A stretch of DNA of 64,000 nucleotides from a virus (IMGVR_UViG_3300014969_000001:1-64000), one strand, 5' to 3'. Numbered from the stretch's first letter, positions 22,801 through 30,121 are shown. A program made the numbers and translations. Notes: a model not told the origin generated them from the letters alone.

Positions 22801-24919
22801 GAAAGGTTTCAAGTATAGTGGATTCTCTTATGGTTCCCTTATCCCTATTGAGGTAATGCAAGAGTTTGATAGGCACATTCAAAGTTTCCATGATGCCCTG
22901 GAAGAATTAAGAAGATCACCGCATGATAGGGAATTCCATTTCTTCACACCTGAAGAACAGCAGGCCTATATAAATATGCCGGAGGAAGCTCGCGCTATGA
23001 TTACAAATGATGATTTTGAAATGCCTTTTCAGGAATCAATCGCAGATGTTTTCAGAGAACAAGATAATATAAATGAGGAAAAGGTCAGCAAGTTTGCATT
23101 GCTTACCGGTATTGAGGAATCACGCATCCATGAATTGCTGAACCATGAAATAGAATTAAAAAAGATAGTAAACCTCAGTGATTTCAAACGACAAGGATAC
23201 CTCAATAATCCAAAGTTAATTCCCACTATTGAACAAAATTCATGGAATAAGGCACAGGGGAAAGACCATACTTATGGTGGTGGCCACCGCATAGATTTTG
23301 ATACCAGAAGCAATAAGCATTTTTATGTAAAAGCTAACAATGAAAACTTTACTCTGGATCAACCTATGAATTTCACTGATCAGGATGGTAATGAATACAA
23401 TAGTATTGCTCATGCTTATGCTTCTACTTGTGAAGGTTCATTTAATGCTGCTAACTATGAACGCTTCAAAGATCTTAATTCCTTTAGCGAACAACCAGAA
23501 TTATGGGATATCTATAAAAGTTTGCCAGTTAATAAGAGTAAACTTAATGAACTCACCTTTGAAGCATACACTCAGAACAGAAATGGTGAACTGTTAGATA
23601 CTGGTAATCAGCAACTGGTTATGCGGAATGATTTTCATATCGATCCAGAAGTGCTTGAGAGTGTTCGTTCTCAATTATCTAAAGAGGATTGGGTAATAAA
23701 TGGTATAGAGGCAGGTCAGGGCCATAGAGGTGGATTAAAGCAAAACTTCGATACGGCTGGTAATGAAGTGAGTATTTCTATTATGTCTAACCCGAAATCT
23801 TTCTTTATCAAAGGCATGCTTAGTCAGCTTGAAAGGACTGAAGGTATTGTGAAGATCATACGTCGTCAGCAGGATGGCAATAAGGTTGTATCACGTCCTG
23901 TCATTTATGAAGTTGTAGATGCTCATGATGTATATGTAGTTGGTAGCGGAATGCAAACTGAGTTCACATTGAATGAAACTGCCTTTAAGCCTGTAAATGG
24001 TGTGCTTCAATACAAGCGTGAATATGGAAAGAGCTTTACTGAATCTCTCAAGAAGTATGTTTCAGAAAGTTATAAAGAGGCTGATGAAGCTTTCCTTGCA
24101 CCAGCTACACGGGTAGATGGATTTGATGATAATTATCTGGAAGAAGGGATTGTAGAGGATAGAGATAATATTGTCGGACTCAAAGAGCAGCCAAATTTAT
24201 TATCTATTGCACGTCGCACATTGAATGAGCTTAAAGCAAAAGGCATCGATTCAAAAGAGTTGCTTGCTGACTGGGGTAAGGAAACCAAATATGCCTTTCC
24301 GAATATGACCAAGCTTCTTGATTACTATATGAATGGTAAGGACAGGGCCTTGTTGCTTGTTGCTAAGAAGCAGGTTGGATGGCTTACTGGTACTGCACCG
24401 CTCATGGCTTATGAGCTTGGTAAATTGCCTGTATCAATGAATATTGTCAGAAGCAAGGAAGAGAAACAGGATATGTTCAGACGCAGCGAGATACGGCCGG
24501 CGACAGACCTTAGTAAATATGCCAATGCAACGCCAGGTATGAATGGCTATGAGCTAATGTTGGATGGTGCGCGGATAGGTCATGTCTTAATGGATGGCCC
24601 TCTGGTTAAAGAGCTAAACATAAGATCTGAGTATCAATCAGGCCGCTTGGCTACCAAGCTTATCAATGGTGTGAGAAAGCTCAATCCTGGTCAGTCATTA
24701 CGCTTTGATGATGTGAGTGAGCCAGCCATTATGCGGATAGCAAGGAAGCTAGGTATACAGGAGGAAACAGCTACAAGTGTTGCTTTAAAACCTTATATTG
24801 AAAAGGATCCTGCAGTGATTGAACAGGAAATAGAAGCAGACCACCAAGCAACTATTGCCAGACGTGTTCAGGAGAACCATGATACCCAGGATAAAATAGA
24901 TCAATGCCTAAACGGATAG
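10865..24919 (+). CDS. Giant virion-packaged DNA-dependent RNA polymerase (crAss-like, fused), polyvalent
   Basis: 4684 aa; catalytic GFDFDIDG (nt 21077-21091) as in phi14:2 gp66-type vRNAP, plus RTDAQGY, YLKLS, FESGIKSG, ARIP, TDNAK..LGLN; zincin HEYRH...EFLSE at 14327; N-terminal hydrophobic helices. Confidence 0.9.
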   Translation: MSPDPNTANKKAKSKATDLTFDEVEKQKAAMQDDEAPDNFLTQSFRSGLANPIQEEPPISTESTTEASDDFDPETDYLLPFKKSKRKKGNRIAKTKDEVDREKRLQAELTSFDQGAPGMDALKLGRETPDVLRKAFMEQINKKLGGYEVATPFDIENDLVKDAWDNSALKTRKFENAKGEEQDFTGSGYDKQIITGNEAGIITEQVVPRAPVGSDKFNPMGHDPGLGETIDAVGTALTNQKNRIFDSAAGQGFAKLFDPDFDKTVYKVLAPGIGKDGAPIMKEYVGTRAQLAQNNINAYNFYGLANKNTYFFDDMAKSFGNWALSKDDDLIGTAKAVQSIGRMVARPFSWAFGDNKDWQDKYEETWIDKAYRRTREDTQRSSLTLSENAMNTFSAGWIAAGIGSSIGSLIDFTVAGSTIKGAAGVGSLAFKMGGIGEAALLNVGRFGGTAAITGVAAFHAAKDAGLSDEEAGLYTIIAGGLSSAIESAGLFSNDAMRKWLLGGKHKDLAKDMVKLFAIEAEKKGGKAAAGAAIGAVTRESAEEVSKKLWPKMIESLGAVARGSGRFLGKIDPKVMAEEGVTEGLQSLSDQTVQVLFNNTVLKHREAGKGKFDDLNSIADIRIKEALGEAFIGALTSAGTSVFMHGGPSIGEYVKDGKSREMILGLDKLLQEGRLTKDQYDNHVQTIKFVEAKLNEKEDVYKSFSRHKLKNQFDREVTQLISEKVDAQTRVDKAKTARDAFMSKIGGENASKTISPQEQTQLDKLTNDLDSAQAIVDAKDSAIDNYKDTAYISNRTKEISDNNLKLQDLKKFNSEKSIGVNEPPANNLGVIMARDSVVNERGDGLKAAFRHDSEFQLGFDEYGKEKSDVDKAELKRKLTNDLISTKAYLHPTLNTDKNRAIMEELMGEKAKEFLPLSQKQQKEYHTVLQERNDYAERVMNAIPLAKQTNDIEAVAKEQGVKPVDLEYAILHADAGNPDTARRVVQESFEHDAPDSYKESRKKTLENEDLIRHAYNAQEDLESAFETPELSQPHLSKQRYQAGNKFFQAFHGLAHLVFNSRDYGITPAMWHSRSNSSLITSRLTKNENKILQTIAAATGRPIAMHVMDAPGMVDENDIPDRKGFFDEPNSLVVIMADMKRMEIDKKYRKEVFATVLHEYRHHMTNEAVGRMFTSWIKCKKNNVPLTPEAKQYQRLFDLSKLTYNLLIKDEKLHNEYFLNVAHGNIQGNTFNTFTGANESFTMVKEFLSEVQSSEVLQKAISTINLNDKGLRDSLNKIYNYDEIPKTGSHSLLKEVWTQLNKVFTSISRLFTPGERVLLKEAITLMNSIPLSKYAVNFDIPSAGEAQRAAENTMVSTPDHPTVTSDNPRRMDNFVENMKPVNLLSDMDVPSVAEVAETILMQYQKAITDPDTGRPLPELLEIASDINESDPNTPRNIFIREVQDSLDYWIQKNNYDKKSLKVVFFQGTNQFLVSWNTLTGSTERLFFNKDGSRAQINSNIFNDTEWNEVVNDDFYEAFGTNWLDNNASATRFLLNQFEKARGKGFKGRITLRQDPGYEHTLGDTSKTGNIYIMHLDEDSRAITPIGVLPALAAPAVTAALNAGAQVTCEVVEKASGLGHALWVKRDIIGGIQRVEHKDNIKTKEDIELMKANGFEFETGLFPTVHITFKSVEGTSLKEIKNLTRDQYTFHDNSVEIDTAETHFMTREELAMSRTPSMYDAFQVETHSFYDNGPTEVDDEVSAKIDFHEERMRRLLRYKAAWRADLSDEDIILFANDLLSKAIDDLQDQFPDVPALENFGFDTPQKLGEFHVSLIEEELKRVKFESNRKVSSGWNGESINPNSTTSELIKYDVERMMFFDENGKFGHMTYSDAKDILSLAATNIRSFAELTDNLRKMSKDKFNSRRRRNIAYSLYRNYTMERPAGDQELFEKAKNSYVSQLGGYIHHDAVAYSKDGDGTRVTTLGKGQDGKNEFDRVISKMMVRVEKIKAKYEERKAKFESTHKDQKYMSLYKYFEIYTGQLPYKDPTRTDMMPGINKIGSLKDTVNGNTLGIPGYIAPNGKQVKVLTDEEYNQAKELLAKFFDLLDIELPMSVLDRKLLNPDEISEANQVMLELYQQQLIKTRNEEWDKMMDAWDAVAESTKELPRTLDVTQRLSRVDADQIPVEFSTYMEAMNRSNKLITSSDLAPLLGDGLDAIGSFTMNDSQADAVFDKDNPKTIFSNTEQFHSTFYKGDGVYTIPGHGPVHIRHYKTAMASEFTKPQLEALAQYEGYENLDEMYNNGDEGTKAFFMGQEPKVMYRISPVLANAGVYNRSDVVALVPRLDGTMTMPATELKNAIDARVKFSTLKENERTAAADLNLAKYLEKIGYTESEPGIWELKSTVDLRESGLARPDKDQWLADEDAIIKQHVESKSKELAENVHLSGERPMYQYHMVEFNKSGKEFNPETKVDKYSPEFKSLPYIELYLQLAAYLTNGKTYENKVAVAGGIKAHFADGLPLDLKTREIKVAVEEEMKRRGDFETPDFYFDPTNTKIHAHKIKSYADTIYERLATDKKEILRYQNHEIWQNNIIIDHLNEYGTTARPKMVGGIFSKEDASNNTDYRTASNMEFLYMHASHFVGTSTSGEGKYYGHIGDVPSDKGRNLVYPLKRIPPKNYKGEIKRIQRVEAKRMELAEQAFTDALIEAPLVKGGQEVRVPVLDENGVQKISKRTNEPMTRLADSGVFLLRHHIDKDGKVVIDHKAFDKLAVNVDFIRATEGGVPESKGGRPLVFEGKEGDPRNGMPLYIKGNIFNTKNHFFAGQSEDQIHTELMKQATQAYAEYAAKGFQMPVASDWIEQNNPNKIIESQQRERDRLNDRLTYLYQERSIAALKGVDERANLANDILNAKETIKKYDDEIAPLKEEIEQREKNYAIDLEAKRLETFKNMMFNHLINRYHLSQLLQGDYIFYGNGIDDNFTSLSKRMAGTYAPAQMPVFEEGKHKGKMIALRDVTDNLSDQAILASVYYDEEEKKYKVDKEKSRSIPTNRTDAQGYISERFDPVFQAALGSLGGFRAPYKPVMFGHDDNGLERAMPIYLKLSLTKIPDPDTIAGSAFYVEYPQLEQFARKFYDAGADIAVFESGIKSGLKALNHWDDGDYRTQEIDLRMLGVQNNPSHELHEDDTIRDLIQMEKQMGDMDNYFGEGGLFEYWAIKSAILQTKTDNYFRNNLDDIDTLYTNLKEEMLKRDHTKGLGMALDNKMRLDNPRIATLMENMVASGLFINTASEKKLGSKLINMSDVGYTRPSYQVVDGKIVKAGNMELQWMGPRRATELSEKQLLDLLHRQEEGEQVFEDNDPSGYILDDKGTVKIYPADILVPKQDHYNIGDPLMAARIPGSGKNSVVASEIVGFLPADMNNVTVVGKAGPGVMGFDFDIDGFFVWRKSIDPKMNEANRMFDIFFDKMLEMKNYMEVTSPVSTDRLKELANFLDKNRQLVNEQKGIKPYDRFTLMRQIQLKDLNGEGSTSIGIVASAYGAHSVFSQLGMSLQDNYVEGNKFFQPHMFNRRGYLVDNTLKKAYATRSIGSNGEESMVFDAFVQLLNASTDNAKLQYLGRLGLNGQTMPVVLDMISHGVNMEYAILFVNQPIIQEYIDEEFRRRGAVTESDFTDTYLKVQQKYEKATRVYEPGYEYNPTNEKGETTNENAIYRVVKHPQMGLVTSLEDRNNVSYRELEEAYEPESTFASDATRAENLKRQLSILEKFKYYKSLQKVTGDGARLVKFASEYPTTMLDLADNIHRIEKILGNYDSEKERWVGQSLDMEKLIYGPDDKLFSGNVWHPYYRNQFNTLKKLLNWYGGREVNLYAHPMIMFNHKKMTEGKDLATQEKLMQGFYAYVLSADERLSPSILTGDKYTQPWQFVDEAAQLVSKLQAEYPNNYFLKYMKVEKPKTDFEGNTTGTYKIAFNRYQAITPELEVKIAKAWDELPEAYKYGEMTVNIKHMLLANLAHTKGFKYSGFSYGSLIPIEVMQEFDRHIQSFHDALEELRRSPHDREFHFFTPEEQQAYINMPEEARAMITNDDFEMPFQESIADVFREQDNINEEKVSKFALLTGIEESRIHELLNHEIELKKIVNLSDFKRQGYLNNPKLIPTIEQNSWNKAQGKDHTYGGGHRIDFDTRSNKHFYVKANNENFTLDQPMNFTDQDGNEYNSIAHAYASTCEGSFNAANYERFKDLNSFSEQPELWDIYKSLPVNKSKLNELTFEAYTQNRNGELLDTGNQQLVMRNDFHIDPEVLESVRSQLSKEDWVINGIEAGQGHRGGLKQNFDTAGNEVSISIMSNPKSFFIKGMLSQLERTEGIVKIIRRQQDGNKVVSRPVIYEVVDAHDVYVVGSGMQTEFTLNETAFKPVNGVLQYKREYGKSFTESLKKYVSESYKEADEAFLAPATRVDGFDDNYLEEGIVEDRDNIVGLKEQPNLLSIARRTLNELKAKGIDSKELLADWGKETKYAFPNMTKLLDYYMNGKDRALLLVAKKQVGWLTGTAPLMAYELGKLPVSMNIVRSKEEKQDMFRRSEIRPATDLSKYANATPGMNGYELMLDGARIGHVLMDGPLVKELNIRSEYQSGRLATKLINGVRKLNPGQSLRFDDVSEPAIMRIARKLGIQEETATSVALKPYIEKDPAVIEQEIEADHQATIARRVQENHDTQDKIDQCLNG

Positions 24920-24923
24920 CCTT

Positions 24924-27900
24924 ATGAAATGCCCGAACTTAAAACACCCCGACGCACAAAAGCTTATTGCCAAGATTGGCATGTTTGAATTCTTTAAAGA
25001 ATATGCACGCAATGGCTACGAGATACCAGATCCGGATGGATATGCAGATTCACTTCAGGGAGTTAATGCCTCCCTGAAGATTGTTGATGCCATTGCTTCG
25101 CCGGCAACTCAGAAGCTATTTGACAAATTCTATCAGAAGGATCCTGGTAAGTTCTTTAAGGAGCTTTTACAGCAGGGAGCCAATAAGCAGCAGATACAAA
25201 TGCTTCAGGATTTATTGACTACTAAACCGGTAGACAATCTCTATGATATGGCTGCCGATGTACTGGCTCACCTTGCCTATACTGTAGAAATGAAGACTGC
25301 TATAAAGGATAAGGAACAGGGAAAGTCGGAAATGTTCATTGAAGAAGTTCCTTTTCCTGATTTTTGGGAAGCAGGTGAAGGTGGACCTACTGTAGATTAT
25401 GTAGTAAACCAACAGTTTGCCGGAGAAACGTTTCCTCGTAATATCGGAACCTTTGAAAGCCGTTCTGAAGCAGAAGCATTCATGCATACAGAGCAGGCTA
25501 GACAAGATGTAGAAGAACTTGGAAAACCTACCAAGCACTATGAACACATGATTGTTCCAGGTGGGGTGAATTATAAAGAAATAGAAATTCGCACACCGGA
25601 AATTTCACCTACGATTAAAGGCCATGCTGCATTTGCTACAGATAAAGGTATTGGCTGGTTCCGTACAGATGAGGCTGATACGAATGCAGGAAAAGTTCGC
25701 CGCGTTCTTGAAATGCAATCTGACCTATTTCAGAAAGGTCGTCAGCTTAAAGAAATTTCAGAGCCTAACCTTGAAGATGAAACTGTAGCTGCAATGGTAG
25801 CTGGAGAGCTTGCACAGGTCGCTCATGAGGCAGGTCAGTATCCAGAGGGAGTATCACAGTACCAGGCTAAAGTAGCAGCAATCAATCAGGCCAGAGCTAC
25901 AACGGCAGCAGGAAACATCCTTGAGATAGAGGAGAACAAAAACCGGAACAACTTCATGCAGTTACTCAATGATGGTAGTTGGGTGAATTTCTTTATTAAA
26001 TCCATAGTGCAGGATTCAGTAAAGAAAGGCTTTGAAAAACTTCGTTTTCCTGCGGGTGCTACTGCTTCAGCAATACAGCAACATACTGAGGTATTACAGA
26101 GCATAAAAAACATGGATAATAATATAGATAAATGGAAAGCTAATATTATTGATCTGCAAGATAAGCTGAAACTGCTACCAGAAGGAGATGAACAACTTAC
26201 TAAAGAACTGCAAAATGCGAATGAAACATTATCGAACTACGAAAGTCTGCGAAGTGAATATGATGAAACTGAAGCAGACATCAAAGCAGTCAAGGCCTAC
26301 TATGAAGACCGCGTACAGAATATTCTCACCAAAACCTATCCGACAAATAGGATCACGGATGAGCATAGTAACGAATGGTTTGAAGTTGCCCTCGATAAAG
26401 AACGTGATCTTTCTCCTATTAGCTTTTATGACAACCAGCCTACGCCGCCGGCAGAGCACTATGAAGTAGAACCTGACTTTATTAATACTGCTTTTCAGAA
26501 AGGCAAAGATGGACTTCGCCATGTCTATTCAGGAAATAGCGTTCTTGGACAGATAGGAACACCAGAAGCCTATAGCCGGTACCTTGACAATATCTTTCCA
26601 AACAGTATCGTAAAAGATATTGTATGGCGCAGTGGACGTGAATACTATGCAGACACCAAAACCCCGTTCGTTTACTTCTCTAAGGACCGCGAGCAAGTTA
26701 AGAACTATAATGCTTCGCATATTAGTACCAATAGTAATATTGCTGAGCGTGACGCTCTACCGATTATCCAGCAAAATGTCCTTCAAGAACTTTTCGACAA
26801 AGGAGATATCAGTAGTGATTTTATTGATTTTGTTGAGCAGCGCTACCGGTACGAATACAAAGCGCTAAAACAGCAGATTCCGGAAGCGATAAAGGAATAC
26901 AATAAATATACCTCAATAGAAAATAATCACCCACAACTAAATGAGCTACGTCAGTTCGAACAGCTTCACAACCTTGTCAAGATAGAAACTGAAGAAGATC
27001 TTATAAAGACGCAGCAGCCGCACTATGACCAGGCTCTGAGAGATTATCAGGCACTGTATAATAAGTTCTCCTCATACCACAGAGAAAGTCCTGTAGACCT
27101 CATAGAAGCTGCTATAATCAATCTTACTAATCCAGCTGATGCCGGCTCTGATGCAATGGGCCATACTGATTCTTATAATCAGGGATATGATGGCGCCATC
27201 TCTTCCGATGGCAATGGCATTCTTGTAAGCAGAACCAGAGGGCAAGTGCATATGCTTGGCTCCAATGAGGACATGCATAACTTCAAGGAGTTTGTCGAAG
27301 GGGAAGAAAAGCGTGATATGAATTCCTTCTTTGACAATACCATGTTCAAGCAGGAATGGAATACCATGGATACTTCCCTACAACAGGAAGAGATCAAGGT
27401 AAAGATGGATGTCTTTGGTGGTGACTACAATGACCTTTTAACTGGAAAGCTTCTTTGGACAGATGAGATGCAAGGGTATTTCTGGAATGCAGCACAAAAG
27501 CGGAACTACACCTATGATGAGTATGCTACGAAAAGATATTTTGAATACCAGGATAATAAGCAGCATCTGAAAGAACTTTATGACAAGATAAAGAAACACA
27601 ACTATCTTGGAGTAGATGCTAATGGTAATTCTGTCACCAGTTTTCAAGACCTTGAAGCAGAATACTTCAAGATCATGAAGTTTGGAAATGTTGAGAAGGA
27701 ATTAATGGGTGAGGTATTCATGTTGATTGCCGACAAAATGACCAAGTACAGGGTAACGGAACAATGTACTCTTACTGCAAGATTAAACCCTGAATTAGAT
27801 CCTGACAATATCCGTCAAACAGACTTAAATGTATGGGATAAAATTATCCATGCTAAGTCTGACTTCAATATCACTCATGCCGGGATGCAGCATATTTCAA

Positions 27901-29996
27901 AGGAAACTTCCCAAAGAATGAGAAAGATAGAGGCAGAAATGCACCAGACAAACCTGGATCTTCACATGAATATATTGGCACTTGAAGCAGCACACTATGC
28001 ATTCCATGGTGAGAAGATGCCAAATGAAGCGAAGCGCGCAATGCTAAAGCCTGTGAAAGCAAATGAGCCTTTCAACTGGATGTATGAAAAGGACAGGCAT
28101 GGTGAATACACACAGGAAGCTATTAAGAAGAACAGTGCAATATTTCGGAATGAAGTAAATATTATGAACTCACAACCCGGTACACTTCGGGGGAAGCTTG
28201 CAGAAGAACGCATTCGATTCTATGAATATCTGGCTACTACAGGTTATAACCTATTGAAAGCAACTGGTTATGAAGATCCATCACCAACTAATTTTCTGAT
28301 GCCAAAGTTAAAGATGGACTTTGCAGAAGCATATAGTCGTGCTGGTTTATTCACTGCCTATATTGGTTTGGTTCAACAGGATTATAATGAAGTATATAAC
28401 CGCATAAAGGTAAATTATAAAGGCCAGACCAAGAGAGTAGATGAATGGCGGGAGGAATTGTATAAGCCAACTAGGGGTTTTATAGATAAGGTAAAAGCAC
28501 CAAGAGATTTTAACAAGATCCTTGATATTGCCAATGACATGATCGTGAATGGCGAAACAGATGTAAATGCAATGGAGCTAAGTACAATTGTATCTTCCTT
28601 TGCAAATTCTAATGAACTACCATTCCGTTCACTAAAGAAGAAGGATAGCTTCTCTATCAATACACACAAGGCATTATCATCACATTTTAATGCACTTATC
28701 TTTAAGAAGCATATGGACCCGATGGTTCCGACCTTACATGCAATATCTGCATACTATAAGATGAGTTCAGCAAAGAATCCTGAATACTATAAGAACAACC
28801 TGAAGTTCATTGAGAACTATGCAGACTTGTTCTTATTTAAAAGGATGGATGATATGTCGAATGCACCAATTGCAAAAGTAGCAGAACAAGTCGCATCAGC
28901 AGCTATCCTTACCTATATGGGTATGGCAGTAAAATCATCAACTGTAAACGTTCTTGGTGGGTTTAAAAGTGGCATGATGGAAATGATCGGTGAAGAAGGA
29001 TGGGTAGAAGGTCCGAAGAAATACATGCGAGGCATGAAGCGATTGTTTGGTGGAAACCTTTTTGCCAAATGGGGAAGGATGAATAACTTTCTCTTTGATG
29101 AAAAGGCTTCTGCTATCCTGGAATACTATAAGATAAACAACTTCACCAGATCGGAGTCAGAAGGTACAGGAGAGTTCTTCAATTATATCAGGAATAAGCT
29201 TTTATTTATTACAGAGAATTCGGAGATTCTTATTCGTGGTATTCCTCTGATGGCAGAGTTTACCCAAGAGCAGCTTGATGCTTTTGATTACAACTATGAT
29301 ACTGGAGAGCTAAGAATAGTACCAGGTAAAAAGAATCTGTTACCAACTGAAGAAACAGTAAACAGATGGAAGTACGACATCTCTAAAGAGCTTGGTAACG
29401 TTGATCCGGAAAACCGTCGTGGCTTCCACCGGAATGTCTTTATGAAAGCTGCTTTCTTACTGAAAGGTTCATGGATTATAGACTACTTTCAAAATCGTTG
29501 GAGAAAGGAATGGTACGATGAGAATGGTAGAAAGCGTGAAGGTTACTATAGAACATTGACGCGATTGATTTCAGATCATAAGATGTTTATTGCAAAGATG
29601 CAGGGGCAAGAAAAATTCACACCTTTAGAGCAAAAGAATTTAAGGAAAGTGATATTCGACCTTATGGTTAAATCTGCATTTGTACTTATGAATTCTAGTT
29701 TAGGTGGTGAAAGTGAGCAAGGAAGGAAGTATCGCAAATGGCTTGCAAGTCTTAACAGCCAGATGTTCTTATTCATGAGTCCAAAGGAGATGCTTGGTTT
29801 GGCAAAAGATCCATTTGCTGCATTAGGTATTATTGAAAAGGCATTGACAGCTTTAGACTATCTGACACAGCTTGAGCTTACAAAAGCTGGTAAATCTGCT
29901 GCACAATTAATACCAGGTCATCAGGTTGTAGAAGATGTTTATGGCACGTTAAATCCGAATGCTCCTAAATCGCATCGGAAAAAGACTGAGGAATAG
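24924..29996 (+). CDS. Large polyvalent virion cargo protein with an ART-PolyVal-like domain
   Basis: 1690 aa; GGVNYKE..GHAAF..GWFRTD..RVLEMQSDLFQKG polyvalent-protein domain; IGT..YSRYLDNIFPNS.VKDIVWR..VYFS..NP..GYDGAI..HMLGS ART-like block; helical C-terminal half. Confidence 0.65.
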   Translation: MKCPNLKHPDAQKLIAKIGMFEFFKEYARNGYEIPDPDGYADSLQGVNASLKIVDAIASPATQKLFDKFYQKDPGKFFKELLQQGANKQQIQMLQDLLTTKPVDNLYDMAADVLAHLAYTVEMKTAIKDKEQGKSEMFIEEVPFPDFWEAGEGGPTVDYVVNQQFAGETFPRNIGTFESRSEAEAFMHTEQARQDVEELGKPTKHYEHMIVPGGVNYKEIEIRTPEISPTIKGHAAFATDKGIGWFRTDEADTNAGKVRRVLEMQSDLFQKGRQLKEISEPNLEDETVAAMVAGELAQVAHEAGQYPEGVSQYQAKVAAINQARATTAAGNILEIEENKNRNNFMQLLNDGSWVNFFIKSIVQDSVKKGFEKLRFPAGATASAIQQHTEVLQSIKNMDNNIDKWKANIIDLQDKLKLLPEGDEQLTKELQNANETLSNYESLRSEYDETEADIKAVKAYYEDRVQNILTKTYPTNRITDEHSNEWFEVALDKERDLSPISFYDNQPTPPAEHYEVEPDFINTAFQKGKDGLRHVYSGNSVLGQIGTPEAYSRYLDNIFPNSIVKDIVWRSGREYYADTKTPFVYFSKDREQVKNYNASHISTNSNIAERDALPIIQQNVLQELFDKGDISSDFIDFVEQRYRYEYKALKQQIPEAIKEYNKYTSIENNHPQLNELRQFEQLHNLVKIETEEDLIKTQQPHYDQALRDYQALYNKFSSYHRESPVDLIEAAIINLTNPADAGSDAMGHTDSYNQGYDGAISSDGNGILVSRTRGQVHMLGSNEDMHNFKEFVEGEEKRDMNSFFDNTMFKQEWNTMDTSLQQEEIKVKMDVFGGDYNDLLTGKLLWTDEMQGYFWNAAQKRNYTYDEYATKRYFEYQDNKQHLKELYDKIKKHNYLGVDANGNSVTSFQDLEAEYFKIMKFGNVEKELMGEVFMLIADKMTKYRVTEQCTLTARLNPELDPDNIRQTDLNVWDKIIHAKSDFNITHAGMQHISKETSQRMRKIEAEMHQTNLDLHMNILALEAAHYAFHGEKMPNEAKRAMLKPVKANEPFNWMYEKDRHGEYTQEAIKKNSAIFRNEVNIMNSQPGTLRGKLAEERIRFYEYLATTGYNLLKATGYEDPSPTNFLMPKLKMDFAEAYSRAGLFTAYIGLVQQDYNEVYNRIKVNYKGQTKRVDEWREELYKPTRGFIDKVKAPRDFNKILDIANDMIVNGETDVNAMELSTIVSSFANSNELPFRSLKKKDSFSINTHKALSSHFNALIFKKHMDPMVPTLHAISAYYKMSSAKNPEYYKNNLKFIENYADLFLFKRMDDMSNAPIAKVAEQVASAAILTYMGMAVKSSTVNVLGGFKSGMMEMIGEEGWVEGPKKYMRGMKRLFGGNLFAKWGRMNNFLFDEKASAILEYYKINNFTRSESEGTGEFFNYIRNKLLFITENSEILIRGIPLMAEFTQEQLDAFDYNYDTGELRIVPGKKNLLPTEETVNRWKYDISKELGNVDPENRRGFHRNVFMKAAFLLKGSWIIDYFQNRWRKEWYDENGRKREGYYRTLTRLISDHKMFIAKMQGQEKFTPLEQKNLRKVIFDLMVKSAFVLMNSSLGGESEQGRKYRKWLASLNSQMFLFMSPKEMLGLAKDPFAALGIIEKALTALDYLTQLELTKAGKSAAQLIPGHQVVEDVYGTLNPNAPKSHRKKTEE

Positions 29997-30017
29997 CCGG
30001 GGTAAAGAAAAATTTTT

Positions 30018-30025
30018 TACCTTTG
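30018..30025 (+). promoter_or_regulatory. Bacteroidota sigma70-type -7 box (TACCTTTG)
   Basis: Exact TAnnTTTG consensus in intergenic DNA, about 70 nt upstream of a terminator; no clear -33 box. Confidence 0.6.
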
Positions 30026-30027
30026 TG

Positions 30028-30121
30028 ATAAGGGATAATATCTAAATCTATAGAAAGAGCATTCATCATTTTTACTCTTGTATTGAAGGTTAAAGGAGCC
30101 GGGCTTATGTCCGGCTTTTTT
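30028..30121 (+). ncRNA. Putative antisense small RNA B
   Basis: Bounded by TACCTTTG and a terminator; AAGAG/CTCTT stem displaying CATTCATCATTTTTA; 8-10 nt complementarity to several start regions. Confidence 0.5.
30097..30121 (+). terminator. Intrinsic terminator
   Basis: AGCCGGGC-TTAT-GTCCGGCT followed by a T run. Confidence 0.85.

Noticed and set aside
1235-29776. Numerous 60-115 aa ORFs antisense or out of frame within the large late genes
   Set aside because: Shadow ORFs with no recognisable motifs or expression signals
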